Source of the DNA: Microcystaceae cyanobacterium | Lineage (GTDB): Bacteria; Cyanobacteriota; Cyanobacteriia; Cyanobacteriales; Microcystaceae | Assembly (NCBI GenBank): GCA_041746575.1 | Contig: JBGTGT010000106.1 | Coordinates: 1 to 25,770 of the forward strand | Length of the DNA stretch: 25,770 nt | Reading direction: 5' to 3' | Shown here: positions 9,010-18,295 of the stretch, piece after piece | Layout: the number at the start of each line of letters is the position of its first letter | Numbering within the stretch: the stretch's first letter is position 1 | Position numbers and translations under genes: made by a program | The notes under the pieces: generated by a model | Database searches by the model: none | The model's input: only the letters and a program-made list of their open reading frames with translations | Told to the model about the DNA's origin: nothing

Positions 9010-10974
9010 TTAAATTACTCTTTCATTTCCCCCATCAATAGGAATCTGTGCGCCAGTCGTGCAGGCAAATAAAGGACTACACATTTCAATCGCTAGTTCT
9101 GCTACCGATTGACGGGTGACTTCCACTTTTAAGAGATTATGAGTTTTATAGTCTTCTACCGTCAAACCATAATGATGCGCACGGGATTTTAGTACCTCAT
9201 CCGTCCAAATCCCCGTATCAAATACCCCATTAGGATGAACGGCATTGATGCGAATATTGTCTTTACTCCACTCTAAAACGGCCACTCGCATTAATTGATT
9301 TAACGCCGCCTTCGAGACCGAATAAGCGGCAGCCCCCGGCCCCGGTGCAGGAACGTTTTTTGAGCCAATTACCACGACCCTCGCCCCATTAGGTGCTAAT
9401 TTCAGATAGGGGTAACTTTCTCGCAAAATCGTTAAATTAGCATCTAAATTAATTGCCATTACCTTTTGCCATGTAGCACTGTCTAAATCTTGAATTCGAC
9501 AACTTTTAGGAAAAATACCCGCATTAAGAACCACCATATCTAAGCCGCCAAAGCGTTCAATTCCCTGCTCTATGGCTTTAATCAAGGCACTTTCATGAGT
9601 AATATCGCAGGTTACACCATAAAAGTTCACCGTGTCCTTCATTGCTTCGATAGCAGGATTAATATCTAAACCCATCACTGCCGCCCCGCGTTGCAGTAGA
9701 GAATCGACGCAAGCTTGACCGATTCCCGAAGCCGCTCCTGTGACTAAAGCGATTTCTCCTGTAAAAATAGGATTTTTTGCGCCTTTATTTAGCTTCGCCT
9801 GTTCAAGTTCCCAATACTCCACCTCAAATAATTCCTTAGCAGATAGGGCTTGATAGCCCCCTAATTCAGTAGCTGCTAAAATAACATCAATGGTATGATC
9901 ATAAATATCGGCCACAATTTGGGCATCTTTCGCCGTTTTCCCCAATGTACATAAGCCCAATTCTGGGTCAATCATGATTCTGGGCGAGGCATCGAGCATT
10001 TTGTGAGACGGAGACGCATGGGCAGTAAAATAAGCCTGATAAGCTTCTGCATAGGCAGAAATGTCCCGTCCGAGTAAAGGTAAACGTTTCGTACGGATAA
10101 CGTGGTCGGGAGTAGCGGGACCCTTTTGAGAGATGGCGGTGATATCTGCTCGTTTGGCAAAGCTTAAGGTTTTAGAAGTTCGTTGCGAGCTTAAAATTAA
10201 GGGGAATCCGGCAATCTTAGCAGATTCGTAACGTAAGTTGGCTAAAATTGGAGCAAGCTTCTCTGTCTTCTGAGGAATTGGAGCGGTGAAATATTGGGAA
10301 TTTCGCTGATTTTTAAGGTAAATTTCGGCTAATTCTACTAAATAGATCATTTTTGCATAGGATTCCTGAGCGGTTTCGCCAAAGGAGAAAATCCCATGAT
10401 TCATTAAGACCATGCCTATAGTGTTATCCGTCGCTTCAAGGGGGAACTTTTGGGCGCAAAGCTTCGCTAGATCGAACCCCGGCATAATATAGGGGATAAT
10501 CACCACCTTATTCCCATAAATCTCTTGAATGCGTTCTAAACCGTTGACTGTATTGGTAACCGAGACAACGGCATCAGCGTGGGTATGGTCGACGTAGCGA
10601 TAAGGTAGAATGGCGTGCAAAATCGTCTCAACGGAAGGAGAGGGGGCAGAAGCCAGCGTCATCTGAGTTTTGAGTTCATTGACCATCTGAGCGTCAGATA
10701 AACAGTCAAGTTTCGCTAATTTGAGTAAAGGAGACAGTCTCACAGGCGCAAATCCCGCCGCTTCAATGGTGGCCAAATCCCAACCACTGCCTTTAACATA
10801 GAGAATCAACTCGGTTTCCCCTACTAGGTTCGTTTCGCTAAGCTTAACAGAGGTATTTCCACCCCCATGAAGAACTAAAGAGGGGTCACGGCCTAATAAA
10901 CGGGATGTATAGACTCTTAAGGGCAAATCTCCTTTATATTGACTGGCTTCTTCATCTTTCCAGCGATTTTGCAT
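9010..10974 (-). CDS. Bifunctional class II aldolase / short-chain dehydrogenase (RhaD/RhaEW-like)
   Basis: Aldolase II: LHGGGNTSVK, VKGSGWDL, PSVETILH, HTHAD, NHG, TPDH. SDR: VTGAASGIG, NAG, YSVSK. Confidence 0.92.
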   Translation of the reverse strand: MQNRWKDEEASQYKGDLPLRVYTSRLLGRDPSLVLHGGGNTSVKLSETNLVGETELILYVKGSGWDLATIEAAGFAPVRLSPLLKLAKLDCLSDAQMVNELKTQMTLASAPSPSVETILHAILPYRYVDHTHADAVVSVTNTVNGLERIQEIYGNKVVIIPYIMPGFDLAKLCAQKFPLEATDNTIGMVLMNHGIFSFGETAQESYAKMIYLVELAEIYLKNQRNSQYFTAPIPQKTEKLAPILANLRYESAKIAGFPLILSSQRTSKTLSFAKRADITAISQKGPATPDHVIRTKRLPLLGRDISAYAEAYQAYFTAHASPSHKMLDASPRIMIDPELGLCTLGKTAKDAQIVADIYDHTIDVILAATELGGYQALSAKELFEVEYWELEQAKLNKGAKNPIFTGEIALVTGAASGIGQACVDSLLQRGAAVMGLDINPAIEAMKDTVNFYGVTCDITHESALIKAIEQGIERFGGLDMVVLNAGIFPKSCRIQDLDSATWQKVMAINLDANLTILRESYPYLKLAPNGARVVVIGSKNVPAPGPGAAAYSVSKAALNQLMRVAVLEWSKDNIRINAVHPNGVFDTGIWTDEVLKSRAHHYGLTVEDYKTHNLLKVEVTRQSVAELAIEMCSPLFACTTGAQIPIDGGNERVI

Positions 10975-11062
10975 AAGTTTACCCCCTTAAAAGAACGTTC
11001 ACGATTGAAGTGATTCGACCCCTAAATTTTTTAACCCCATTTTCCTTCCCAAATGTAACCTT

Positions 11063-11527
11063 TTATAAAACTTGATGAGTATGGGGATGTTGCTTGACGT
11101 TATCTTCTGCGCGCACCACCTTAGTGTCGTTCAAAACACGCTTTTTCTCTAAAGAATAGTTTAAATCTTGGCGATTAGTGCCAATGGGAATATGTTTAGT
11201 GGCTTCTGGTCTTGTTTTGTAGGTTCTCGTCGCCGCAATCACTCTTTCTGCAAAGTTGTCGCAAAATTGAGAATTATTCGGAAAAATATCAGGAATCTTG
11301 AAGTTATCCCCCATAAAAACCTGTTCTAAGGAAAAAGCGGATGCGACTTGATAGGAAGTCGGAATTCCTTTTAAAATGGCTTCAAGGGCGGCGGAAGGGA
11401 TGGGTTCAATAATGTCAACTTGGTGAAATTCGCCATCTTCCTTAAGAAAACAAGTGGCCAATCCAAATACACAGTAATCTTGCGGCGTAATATCGTTTGC
11501 ATCCGAAAACAAAGTTGCAGAGGTCAT
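11063..11527 (-). CDS. Conserved cyanobacterial hypothetical protein
   Basis: 154 aa ORF 70 bp downstream of dnaJ on the same strand. Conserved-looking blocks GLATCF, IEPIPSA, NVKQH.HTH. No function recognised. Confidence 0.8.
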   Translation of the reverse strand: MTSATLFSDANDITPQDYCVFGLATCFLKEDGEFHQVDIIEPIPSAALEAILKGIPTSYQVASAFSLEQVFMGDNFKIPDIFPNNSQFCDNFAERVIAATRTYKTRPEATKHIPIGTNRQDLNYSLEKKRVLNDTKVVRAEDNVKQHPHTHQVL

Positions 11528-11597
11528 AACACTGGCTGAATGAGGGTTAATTCAAGGTTCTTTTAAAAATCTTATCAGATTTAGGGGTTTAGCGGAG

Positions 11598-12593
11598 TTA
11601 TAACTTGATTCCCGCTAAATGACTGCGGGGGTTATCAGTGCGACTGTTGCGAATTTTCTCATAATATTCTTTTTCCGTTGCTGAGATCGTTTTAGGGGCT
11701 TCAATCACAATTTTAACCAATTGGTCGCCCTGTTGCCCTTTGGTATCTACCCATCCTTTCCCCCGTAACCGTAACGATTGGCCGGAACGAATCCCCATCG
11801 GTATTTTAACCGTCACACTGCCATTAGGGGTCGGAACTTCAATCGCCGCACCCAGTACCGCCTCATCAGGGGTAATGGGAACTTCGCACACTAAGTTATC
11901 TCCTTCAAACTGAAAAAAATTATGGGATTCTAGCTCAATATTGAGGTACAAATCCCCTCTTTGCTGATTATAAGAACTCATTGCCCCTTTCCCCTTAACG
12001 CGTACCCGACTGCCCGTTTTTGCGCCCGCCGGAATCCGAACATCAATCGTTTCGTTACCTAAATTGAGGCGTTTCTGCACGCCTCGAAACCCTTCCGAAA
12101 AGGTTAGACGCAATATGGCTTCTTGGTCAATATTGGGGGACTGAGTGCCATATCCGGGGCTAAAATCCGTAAATCCTGTTCCTCTGGCACTGGTACGATA
12201 GGCATCATTCTGATAACCGCCGCCCGGTGTGGCAAAACGACCCAGTAATTCGTTAATAAATTCTTCAAAATTGTCATATTGACTGAAATCAAAGCCCCCA
12301 AAATCCACATTCACATTAGGGTTACTCGTTGCGCCGCCGCCCCATCCTGTTTGACCGACCTGATTCCAATATTGACCAAATTGGTCGTATTTTTTGCGCT
12401 TATCGCTATCAAATAACACTTCGTACGCTTCGCTAATCTCTTTAAATTTCTCTTCTGCCGATTTATCCCCCGGATTACGGTCAGGATGATATTTTACCGC
12501 CAATTTACGGAACGCTTTCTTGATTTCTTCTGGGGTTGCACTTTTATTGACCCCTAAAATCTGGTAATAGTCTTTAAAATCAGTGGCAGCCAT
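11598..12593 (-). CDS. dnaJ: Type II (class B, CbpA-like) DnaJ co-chaperone
   Basis: J domain with KYHPD, G/F-rich linker, DnaJ_C (GDLY, LRLRGKG), no CxxCxGxG zinc finger. Confidence 0.93.
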   Translation of the reverse strand: MAATDFKDYYQILGVNKSATPEEIKKAFRKLAVKYHPDRNPGDKSAEEKFKEISEAYEVLFDSDKRKKYDQFGQYWNQVGQTGWGGGATSNPNVNVDFGGFDFSQYDNFEEFINELLGRFATPGGGYQNDAYRTSARGTGFTDFSPGYGTQSPNIDQEAILRLTFSEGFRGVQKRLNLGNETIDVRIPAGAKTGSRVRVKGKGAMSSYNQQRGDLYLNIELESHNFFQFEGDNLVCEVPITPDEAVLGAAIEVPTPNGSVTVKIPMGIRSGQSLRLRGKGWVDTKGQQGDQLVKIVIEAPKTISATEKEYYEKIRNSRTDNPRSHLAGIKL

Positions 12594-12704
12594 CGACGAT
12601 CCTCATTATCAACTAACTCTACACAAAAAGTGTTACCAGACGGCAGAAACGACATGACCATTCCTGCCCTTTGATCATTTTGACATCTTTTACGGTTGAG
12701 ATGG

Positions 12705-12720
12705 GGACGGATAACCGAAA
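12705..12720 (-). promoter_or_regulatory. K-box-like heat/stress cis element upstream of dnaJ
   Basis: Minus strand reads TTTCGG-TTAT-CC-GT-CC versus the K-box consensus GTTCGG-NNAN-CCNNAC (2 mismatches). A candidate -10 CAAAAT lies at 12682-12677. Confidence 0.5.
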
Positions 12721-12834
12721 TTTCGTGATCTTTTAGATAAGGAAACGAATCATTACAACCGAAATTGTCTCGGCAGGACGGGACTTTTTAAGTTAGAATT
12801 GCCACAGTTTATCAAAAATTCTCAAAAAAAGACA

Positions 12835-13563
12835 GTGAAACTGTTTGTTTATCATACGCCAGAACTGACTCCCACCGACTCCTTGCCGACCTGTGCCGTG
12901 GTCATTGATGTGTTGCGTGCCACCACTACCATTGCCGCCGCTTTGTCATCAGGAGCAGAAGCCGTTCAAGCCTTTAGTAATATTGAAACGCTATTTAACG
13001 CCAGTGAAAGCTGGCCTCAGGAAAAACGATTGAGAGCAGGAGAAAGAGGGGGAGACAAAGTAGAGAACTGTGATTTGGGGAATTCTCCCCTCGATTGTAC
13101 CCCTGATAGGGTCAAAGGTAAGCGGTTATTTTTAAGTACCACCAATGGTACAAGGGCGTTAGAACGAGTAGAAGCGGCTCAAACGGTGATAACCGCCGCC
13201 TTAATCAACAGAAACACAGTAGTACAGTATTTACAAGAAAAACAGCCTGAAACCCTCTGGTTAGTTGGCTCAGGTTGGCAAGGAGGCTATTCCCTCGAAG
13301 ATACGGTCTGTGCTGGGGCGATCGCTCAACCTTTATTGACAGAGACTTCCGCTAAAATTGAAGTGGGTAATGATGAGGTTATCGCCGCAATTGCCCTTTA
13401 TAAACAATGGCAGGATAATTTATTGGGATTATTCGAGCAGTGTAGTCACGGTCAGCGATTATTACGCTTAGACTGTCATGAAGATTTAAAATACTGCGCC
13501 GATATCGATGCTTTATCTATTCTACCTCTACAAAAAGAACCGGGCGTTTTGGTGAAGGCTTAA
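12835..13563 (+). CDS. comB: 2-phosphosulfolactate phosphatase family protein
   Basis: [37 protein letters not shown]. Likely start GTG 12835 ([10 protein letters not shown]); the track starts at 12799. Confidence 0.92.
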   Translation: MKLFVYHTPELTPTDSLPTCAVVIDVLRATTTIAAALSSGAEAVQAFSNIETLFNASESWPQEKRLRAGERGGDKVENCDLGNSPLDCTPDRVKGKRLFLSTTNGTRALERVEAAQTVITAALINRNTVVQYLQEKQPETLWLVGSGWQGGYSLEDTVCAGAIAQPLLTETSAKIEVGNDEVIAAIALYKQWQDNLLGLFEQCSHGQRLLRLDCHEDLKYCADIDALSILPLQKEPGVLVKA

Positions 13564-13567
13564 AAAA

Positions 13568-15127
13568 ATGGCTTATTTATTACACTTTAAAAAAGAGTAT
13601 TTTCGTTTCTTAGGAGGGATTTTAAGCAGTATTATTTTAATAATCATCTCCTTAATCTCACCCGTTGCTCTAGCCAAAGACTTATCTCCACCTGTATCTT
13701 CAATTCAACCCTATGTGGCTCGTTTTATCGAAAGAGTAACGGAATTCACCCTCGACAACGGTTTGAAATTTATTGTTCTAGAAAACCATGATGCCCCTGT
13801 TATTTCATTTGTCACCTATGCAGATGTCGGTGGAGCGAATGAACCCGATGGACAGACTGGCGTAGCCCATTTTTTGGAGCATTTAGCCTTTAAAGGCACA
13901 AAACAAATCGGTACAATTAATTATACAGACGAAAAACCCCTTTTAGAACAATCGGATCGCTTATTTCAGCAAATCAAAATCGCCAAAACAACAGGTGAAA
14001 CGCAGAAACTTGAAGAATTAACGCAATCTTTCCTTGAAACGCAACAGAAAGCGGCTGAACTCGTTAAACAAAATGAATTTGGTCGAATTGTGGAGCAAGC
14101 GGGGGGAGAAAATTTAAATGCGGCAACCTCGGCCGATGCCACCCTCTATTTTTATAGTTTTCCCTCCAATAAATTAGAACTCTGGATGTCGCTAGAGTCA
14201 GAAAGGTTTCTTGATCCGGTCTTTCGAGAGTTTTATAAGGAACAACAGGTGATTTTAGAAGAAAGACGTCTAAGAACCGATAATTCCCCCATCGGCCAGC
14301 TAATGGAAGCCTTCCTCGGAACAGCCTTTACGGCACATCCTTATAAACGTCCTGTGATTGGTTATCCTGAAGATATCGCCAATTTAAGTCGGGAAGACGT
14401 GGAAACCTTCTTCAGAACCTACTATGTCCCCAATAATTTAACGATTGTTCTGGCAGGGGATGTTAACCCTCAACAGGTGCAACAACTGGCACAAGTCTAT
14501 TTTGGTCGCTATACTCCCCAAGCGAAACCACCAGAATTAAATCGCATTGAGCCTCAACAAGATAAAATGAGGGAAGTTACCTTGAAATTTCCCTCACAGC
14601 CTTGGTATTTAGAAGGTTATCACCGTCCTGCGCTCAGTCACCCCGACCATGCGACATACGAAGTGATTACCGCTCTGATGAGTAATGGCCGTACTTCTCG
14701 TCTCTATCAAGCGTTGGTGGAAGAAAAAAAGGTGGCCTTAGTGGCACAGGGATTCAATGGCTTTCCGGGCGACAAATACTCCAATATGGTGTTATTTTAT
14801 GCTCAAACTGCCCCCAATGCGACGTTAAACCAAGTTGAAATAGCGTTACGTCAAGAAATTGATCGTTTGTCTCGTGAATCGGTCTCGGAGAAGGAATTAG
14901 AACGGGTGAAAAATCAAATCCGCCTCAATATTTTAAGTTCTCTCGATTCTAACCTCGGCATGGCTAAGTTATTAGCAGAATATGAGGTTAAAACGGGAAG
15001 TTGGCGTCATATTTTTAAGCAGTTAGCTGCCATTGAAGCGGTAACCTCAGAAGACGTTCAAAGGGTTGCTCAACAAACCTTTACGGCAAATAACCGCACG
15101 ATTGGACGATTGGTAAATCAGGAATAG
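13568..15127 (+). CDS. M16 (pitrilysin/insulinase) family zinc peptidase, exported
   Basis: Inverted zincin HFLEH, NAATS.D.T, EERR, HPYKRPVIG. Signal peptide ending PVALA. Confidence 0.93.
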   Translation: MAYLLHFKKEYFRFLGGILSSIILIIISLISPVALAKDLSPPVSSIQPYVARFIERVTEFTLDNGLKFIVLENHDAPVISFVTYADVGGANEPDGQTGVAHFLEHLAFKGTKQIGTINYTDEKPLLEQSDRLFQQIKIAKTTGETQKLEELTQSFLETQQKAAELVKQNEFGRIVEQAGGENLNAATSADATLYFYSFPSNKLELWMSLESERFLDPVFREFYKEQQVILEERRLRTDNSPIGQLMEAFLGTAFTAHPYKRPVIGYPEDIANLSREDVETFFRTYYVPNNLTIVLAGDVNPQQVQQLAQVYFGRYTPQAKPPELNRIEPQQDKMREVTLKFPSQPWYLEGYHRPALSHPDHATYEVITALMSNGRTSRLYQALVEEKKVALVAQGFNGFPGDKYSNMVLFYAQTAPNATLNQVEIALRQEIDRLSRESVSEKELERVKNQIRLNILSSLDSNLGMAKLLAEYEVKTGSWRHIFKQLAAIEAVTSEDVQRVAQQTFTANNRTIGRLVNQE

Positions 15128-15192
15128 ACAGGAAATCGTTTTCTGTCAACAAGATGGCCGCCATTTGGGGATAACGGTTAATCCCCTTCCTT

Positions 15193-15201
15193 TGGTAGGA
15201 T
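15193..15201 (+). promoter_or_regulatory. Candidate extended -10 (TGnTAGGAT) for murD
   Basis: TGG-TAGGAT ending 36 nt before ATG 15238. Motif match only. Confidence 0.35.
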
Positions 15202-15237
15202 AGAAAATGCTAATTTTTATGCCGATTATTAATCTTC

Positions 15238-16593
15238 ATGCCGAATGCTTGTATCTTGGGTCTAGGACGTTCTGGAACGGCCGCCGCTAAATTGCTTAAA
15301 AAAGAGAATTGGACGGTGGTATTATGCGATGGTGATTCAACAACTGCTTTACAAAATCGTCAAAAAAGCCTAGAATCTGAGGGAATTAAGGTCAAATTAG
15401 GCTACACTCCCCTATTAAAAGAAGAAGACACCCCAGATCTGATGGTGGTTAGTCCGGGTATCCCTTGGGATGTCCCCGTTTTAGAACAAGCCAGACATCA
15501 AGGTCTTGAGGTAATCGGTGAATTAGAATTAGCGTGGCGACACCTCTCCCCGTCTCCTTGGCTAGGAATTACAGGAACAAACGGAAAAACGACAACAACG
15601 GCGTTAGTTGGTGCAATTTTTGATAAAGCAGGATTAAATGCGCCTACTTGCGGTAATATCGGCTATGCCGCCTGTGAATTAGCGTTGACTTCCCAGAAAT
15701 ATGATTGGATTATTGCAGAAATTAGTAGTTATCAAATTGAATCATCTCAAACCCTATCGCCGCAAATCGGACTATGGACAACCTTTACCCCTGATCACCT
15801 AAATCGTCATAAAACACTTGAAAATTACTGTAAAATTAAGACTTCCCTTATAAAACGAAGTAAGCAACAAATTTTAAACGGAGATGATCCTTTTTTGCGT
15901 GAAAATGGCGTTGATTTATTTCCGAATGCTTTTTGGACAAGCGTTAAGGGCAAAGATGCCTTACCCTGTCATCTTCAAAGGGGAATCTATTTAGAAGATA
16001 ATTGGATTTCTGCCTTTGGACAGTTGATTTGTCCTATTAATTTGTTCAAGATGGCGGGAGTGCATAATCAACAAAACCTTTTAATGGCGGTTGGAGCGTC
16101 CCGACTAGCTGGAATAGGGAAAGAAGCGATCGCTCAAGCCATTGTGACTTTTGCAGGTGTTCCTCACCGTTTAGAGGAAATTTGCACGATTAATGGCGTT
16201 AAATATATCAATGACAGCAAGGCAACCAATTATGATGCGGCAGAAGTGGGATTAGCATCTATGCCTTCTTCAGTAATTTTAATTGCAGGAGGAGAAATGA
16301 AAGAAGGAGATGATAGTCAATGGTTAAAGCAAATTCAAGAAAAAGCCGTTTATGTTCTTTTAATTGGTGATGCTTCCCCTGTTTTTGCTCAAAGATTCCA
16401 AGAAATTGGCTATGATGCTTATCAACTCGTTGAAACAATGGATAAAGCCTTACCGCGAAGTCTCGATCTAGCCTTAGAAAAAGGTGCATCTGGGGTCTTA
16501 TTATCCCCTGCTTGTGCCAGTTTTGATCAATATACTAGCTTTGAACACAGAGGCGATCATTTCCGTCAGTTGTGTTTAGAATTAAAGGGGTAA
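15238..16593 (+). CDS. murD: UDP-N-acetylmuramoyl-L-alanine--D-glutamate ligase
   Basis: GLGRSG, SPG, ITGTNGKTTT, CGNIG, EISSYQ, PDHLNRH, PHRLE, NDSKATN, LLSPACASFDQY..FEHRG. Confidence 0.98.
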   Translation: MPNACILGLGRSGTAAAKLLKKENWTVVLCDGDSTTALQNRQKSLESEGIKVKLGYTPLLKEEDTPDLMVVSPGIPWDVPVLEQARHQGLEVIGELELAWRHLSPSPWLGITGTNGKTTTTALVGAIFDKAGLNAPTCGNIGYAACELALTSQKYDWIIAEISSYQIESSQTLSPQIGLWTTFTPDHLNRHKTLENYCKIKTSLIKRSKQQILNGDDPFLRENGVDLFPNAFWTSVKGKDALPCHLQRGIYLEDNWISAFGQLICPINLFKMAGVHNQQNLLMAVGASRLAGIGKEAIAQAIVTFAGVPHRLEEICTINGVKYINDSKATNYDAAEVGLASMPSSVILIAGGEMKEGDDSQWLKQIQEKAVYVLLIGDASPVFAQRFQEIGYDAYQLVETMDKALPRSLDLALEKGASGVLLSPACASFDQYTSFEHRGDHFRQLCLELKG

Positions 16594-16710
16594 ATGAGGG
16601 AGAATTTGTTACACTTTTAACTTCCCTATTGAGAAGAAGTAAGAGAAAGTTACCAATAAATCGTTTAAATGTGCCTTCGCTTATCTATAGATTTATAACA
16701 ACTCACTGCC

Positions 16711-17388
16711 ATGAAAATCCTAACCCTTTTCGTAACCCCCTTGATTTTCGGATTGAGTTTTATTTTACCGCTAAAAGGAGAACCTGTTTTAGATAATAAT
16801 CTTGATCTGAATCCCCAAATTATTGAAGAAAGTCCCACCTTACAAAAATGGTTACAAGAGCCTCCCAATGTGCTAGACAGCATTGAAAATGATCCGAGTT
16901 TTCGGACGCGAATTAGAGTAGGTTATTCTCAATTTCCTTCTTCCCATCAAAGTAGTGGAATTAACATCGGTGTCGAAGATATTTTTCTTGATAAAACGTC
17001 TTTTACGATTCGAGGAGACTATCAAACCAATTTTGAGAACCGTCACTCAGGTGGGGTTGATTTACAATATTATGTTCTGCCTTTGGGATGGTATGTTAAT
17101 GTAGCACCAATTGTCGGTTATCGTTATTTGGACACGCAAAATTATCACACAGATGGACTCAATTTGGGTGGCAAACTTATTTTACCGTTATCCCGCAATG
17201 GGGCGGCAGATATTACCTTAATGCAAACCTTTGTTTCCCCCGGCAGTACAGATGAAGTGGGAATTTCAACCCTATCGGTTGGCTATGCAGTCACAAATAA
17301 CCTGAGAATTGCTACCGATATTCAAAAAGAAAATTCAAGGGTTCAAAAAGACAGTCGAGTAAGTTTTGTTTTAGAATGGATACCTTAA
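16711..17388 (+). CDS. Exported hypothetical protein, probable small outer-membrane beta-barrel
   Basis: N-terminal signal peptide, about 8 amphipathic alternating segments (RIRVGYSQ, INIGVED, VDLQYYV, VAPIVGYRY, LNLGGKL, TLSVGYAV), C-terminus VSFVLEWIP. Confidence 0.65.
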   Translation: MKILTLFVTPLIFGLSFILPLKGEPVLDNNLDLNPQIIEESPTLQKWLQEPPNVLDSIENDPSFRTRIRVGYSQFPSSHQSSGINIGVEDIFLDKTSFTIRGDYQTNFENRHSGGVDLQYYVLPLGWYVNVAPIVGYRYLDTQNYHTDGLNLGGKLILPLSRNGAADITLMQTFVSPGSTDEVGISTLSVGYAVTNNLRIATDIQKENSRVQKDSRVSFVLEWIP

Positions 17389-17415
17389 TTTTAAGTCTTT
17401 CACGATTTTTAAACA

Positions 17416-18198
17416 ATGAAAAGATATTTTAACGTTCTTCGGTTATTTTGGAGTACTGCCATTGCAGCAGAATTGGAATATCGCCTAAATTTTATTATTG
17501 CGACGGTGAGTAGTTTGAGTGGCTTTTGTGGCAGTTTATTCGGATTATTTTTATTTTATAGAACAGGTTATACTTTTCAAGGATGGAGTTGGCAAGCGGC
17601 GCTCGTTGTTTTAGGGATGTTTACTTTTTTGCAAGGATTTTCAGCAACTTTTTTAACCCCTAATTTGAATCGTATTGTTCAACAAGTAGAACAAGGAACA
17701 TTAGATTTCGTATTGCTTAAACCCATTAGTAGTCAATTTTGGTTATCGACCCGTAGTTTTTCCCCTTGGGGAATTCCTGATATATTATTTGGTTTAGGAA
17801 TTATTATCTATGGCAGTTCTTTTTTTCAGCCTAATGCTTTGAATTACTTGACCGGTTTAATTGTGGTTATCTTTGGTGTTATTATTTTATATAGTCTTTG
17901 GTTTCTGTTAAGCTCAACCAGTATTTGGTTTGTTAAAATTTATAATCTTACGGACGTTTTACGGGGATTTCTTGAAGCAGGAAGATACCCAATTATTGCT
18001 TATCCTGCTACTTATCGCTTCTTTTTTACCTTTATCATTCCTGTTACTTTTTTAACCACTGTTCCGGCAGAAGCGTTATTAGGAAGAATGGACATTGCTT
18101 GGTTATTTGGTTCTGCACTATTAGCGATATTATTATTAATTGCAACCCATTTGTTTTGGCAATTCGCCTTACGTTTTTATACCAGTGCTTCGAGTTGA
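17416..18198 (+). CDS. ABC-2 family transporter permease (DUF990-type)
   Basis: ELEYRLNF, G.LDFVLLKPISSQF, AGRYP..AYP, TTVPAEALLG, ALRFYTSASS; 6 TM segments. Confidence 0.9.
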   Translation: MKRYFNVLRLFWSTAIAAELEYRLNFIIATVSSLSGFCGSLFGLFLFYRTGYTFQGWSWQAALVVLGMFTFLQGFSATFLTPNLNRIVQQVEQGTLDFVLLKPISSQFWLSTRSFSPWGIPDILFGLGIIIYGSSFFQPNALNYLTGLIVVIFGVIILYSLWFLLSSTSIWFVKIYNLTDVLRGFLEAGRYPIIAYPATYRFFFTFIIPVTFLTTVPAEALLGRMDIAWLFGSALLAILLLIATHLFWQFALRFYTSASS

Positions 18199-18295
18199 TA
18201 AGCGATCACAATTTGTTAAATTTTTACTTCGTCTCTAGCCTAAAGGTTAAATCTTTGAGACAATCGCAATGACAACCCTTAACGTGATTGCAAGT

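Noticed and set aside
11012..11023. GATTCGACCCCT resembling the tRNA-Ser T-arm (possible att-site remnant)
   Set aside because: Only 11 of 12 nt match, the acceptor-stem part is absent, there is no integrase, and the intervening genes are core housekeeping genes.
18195..18230. GATCACA half-site upstream of acs as a CRP-type site
   Set aside because: The other half does not fit TGTGA-N6-TCACA.
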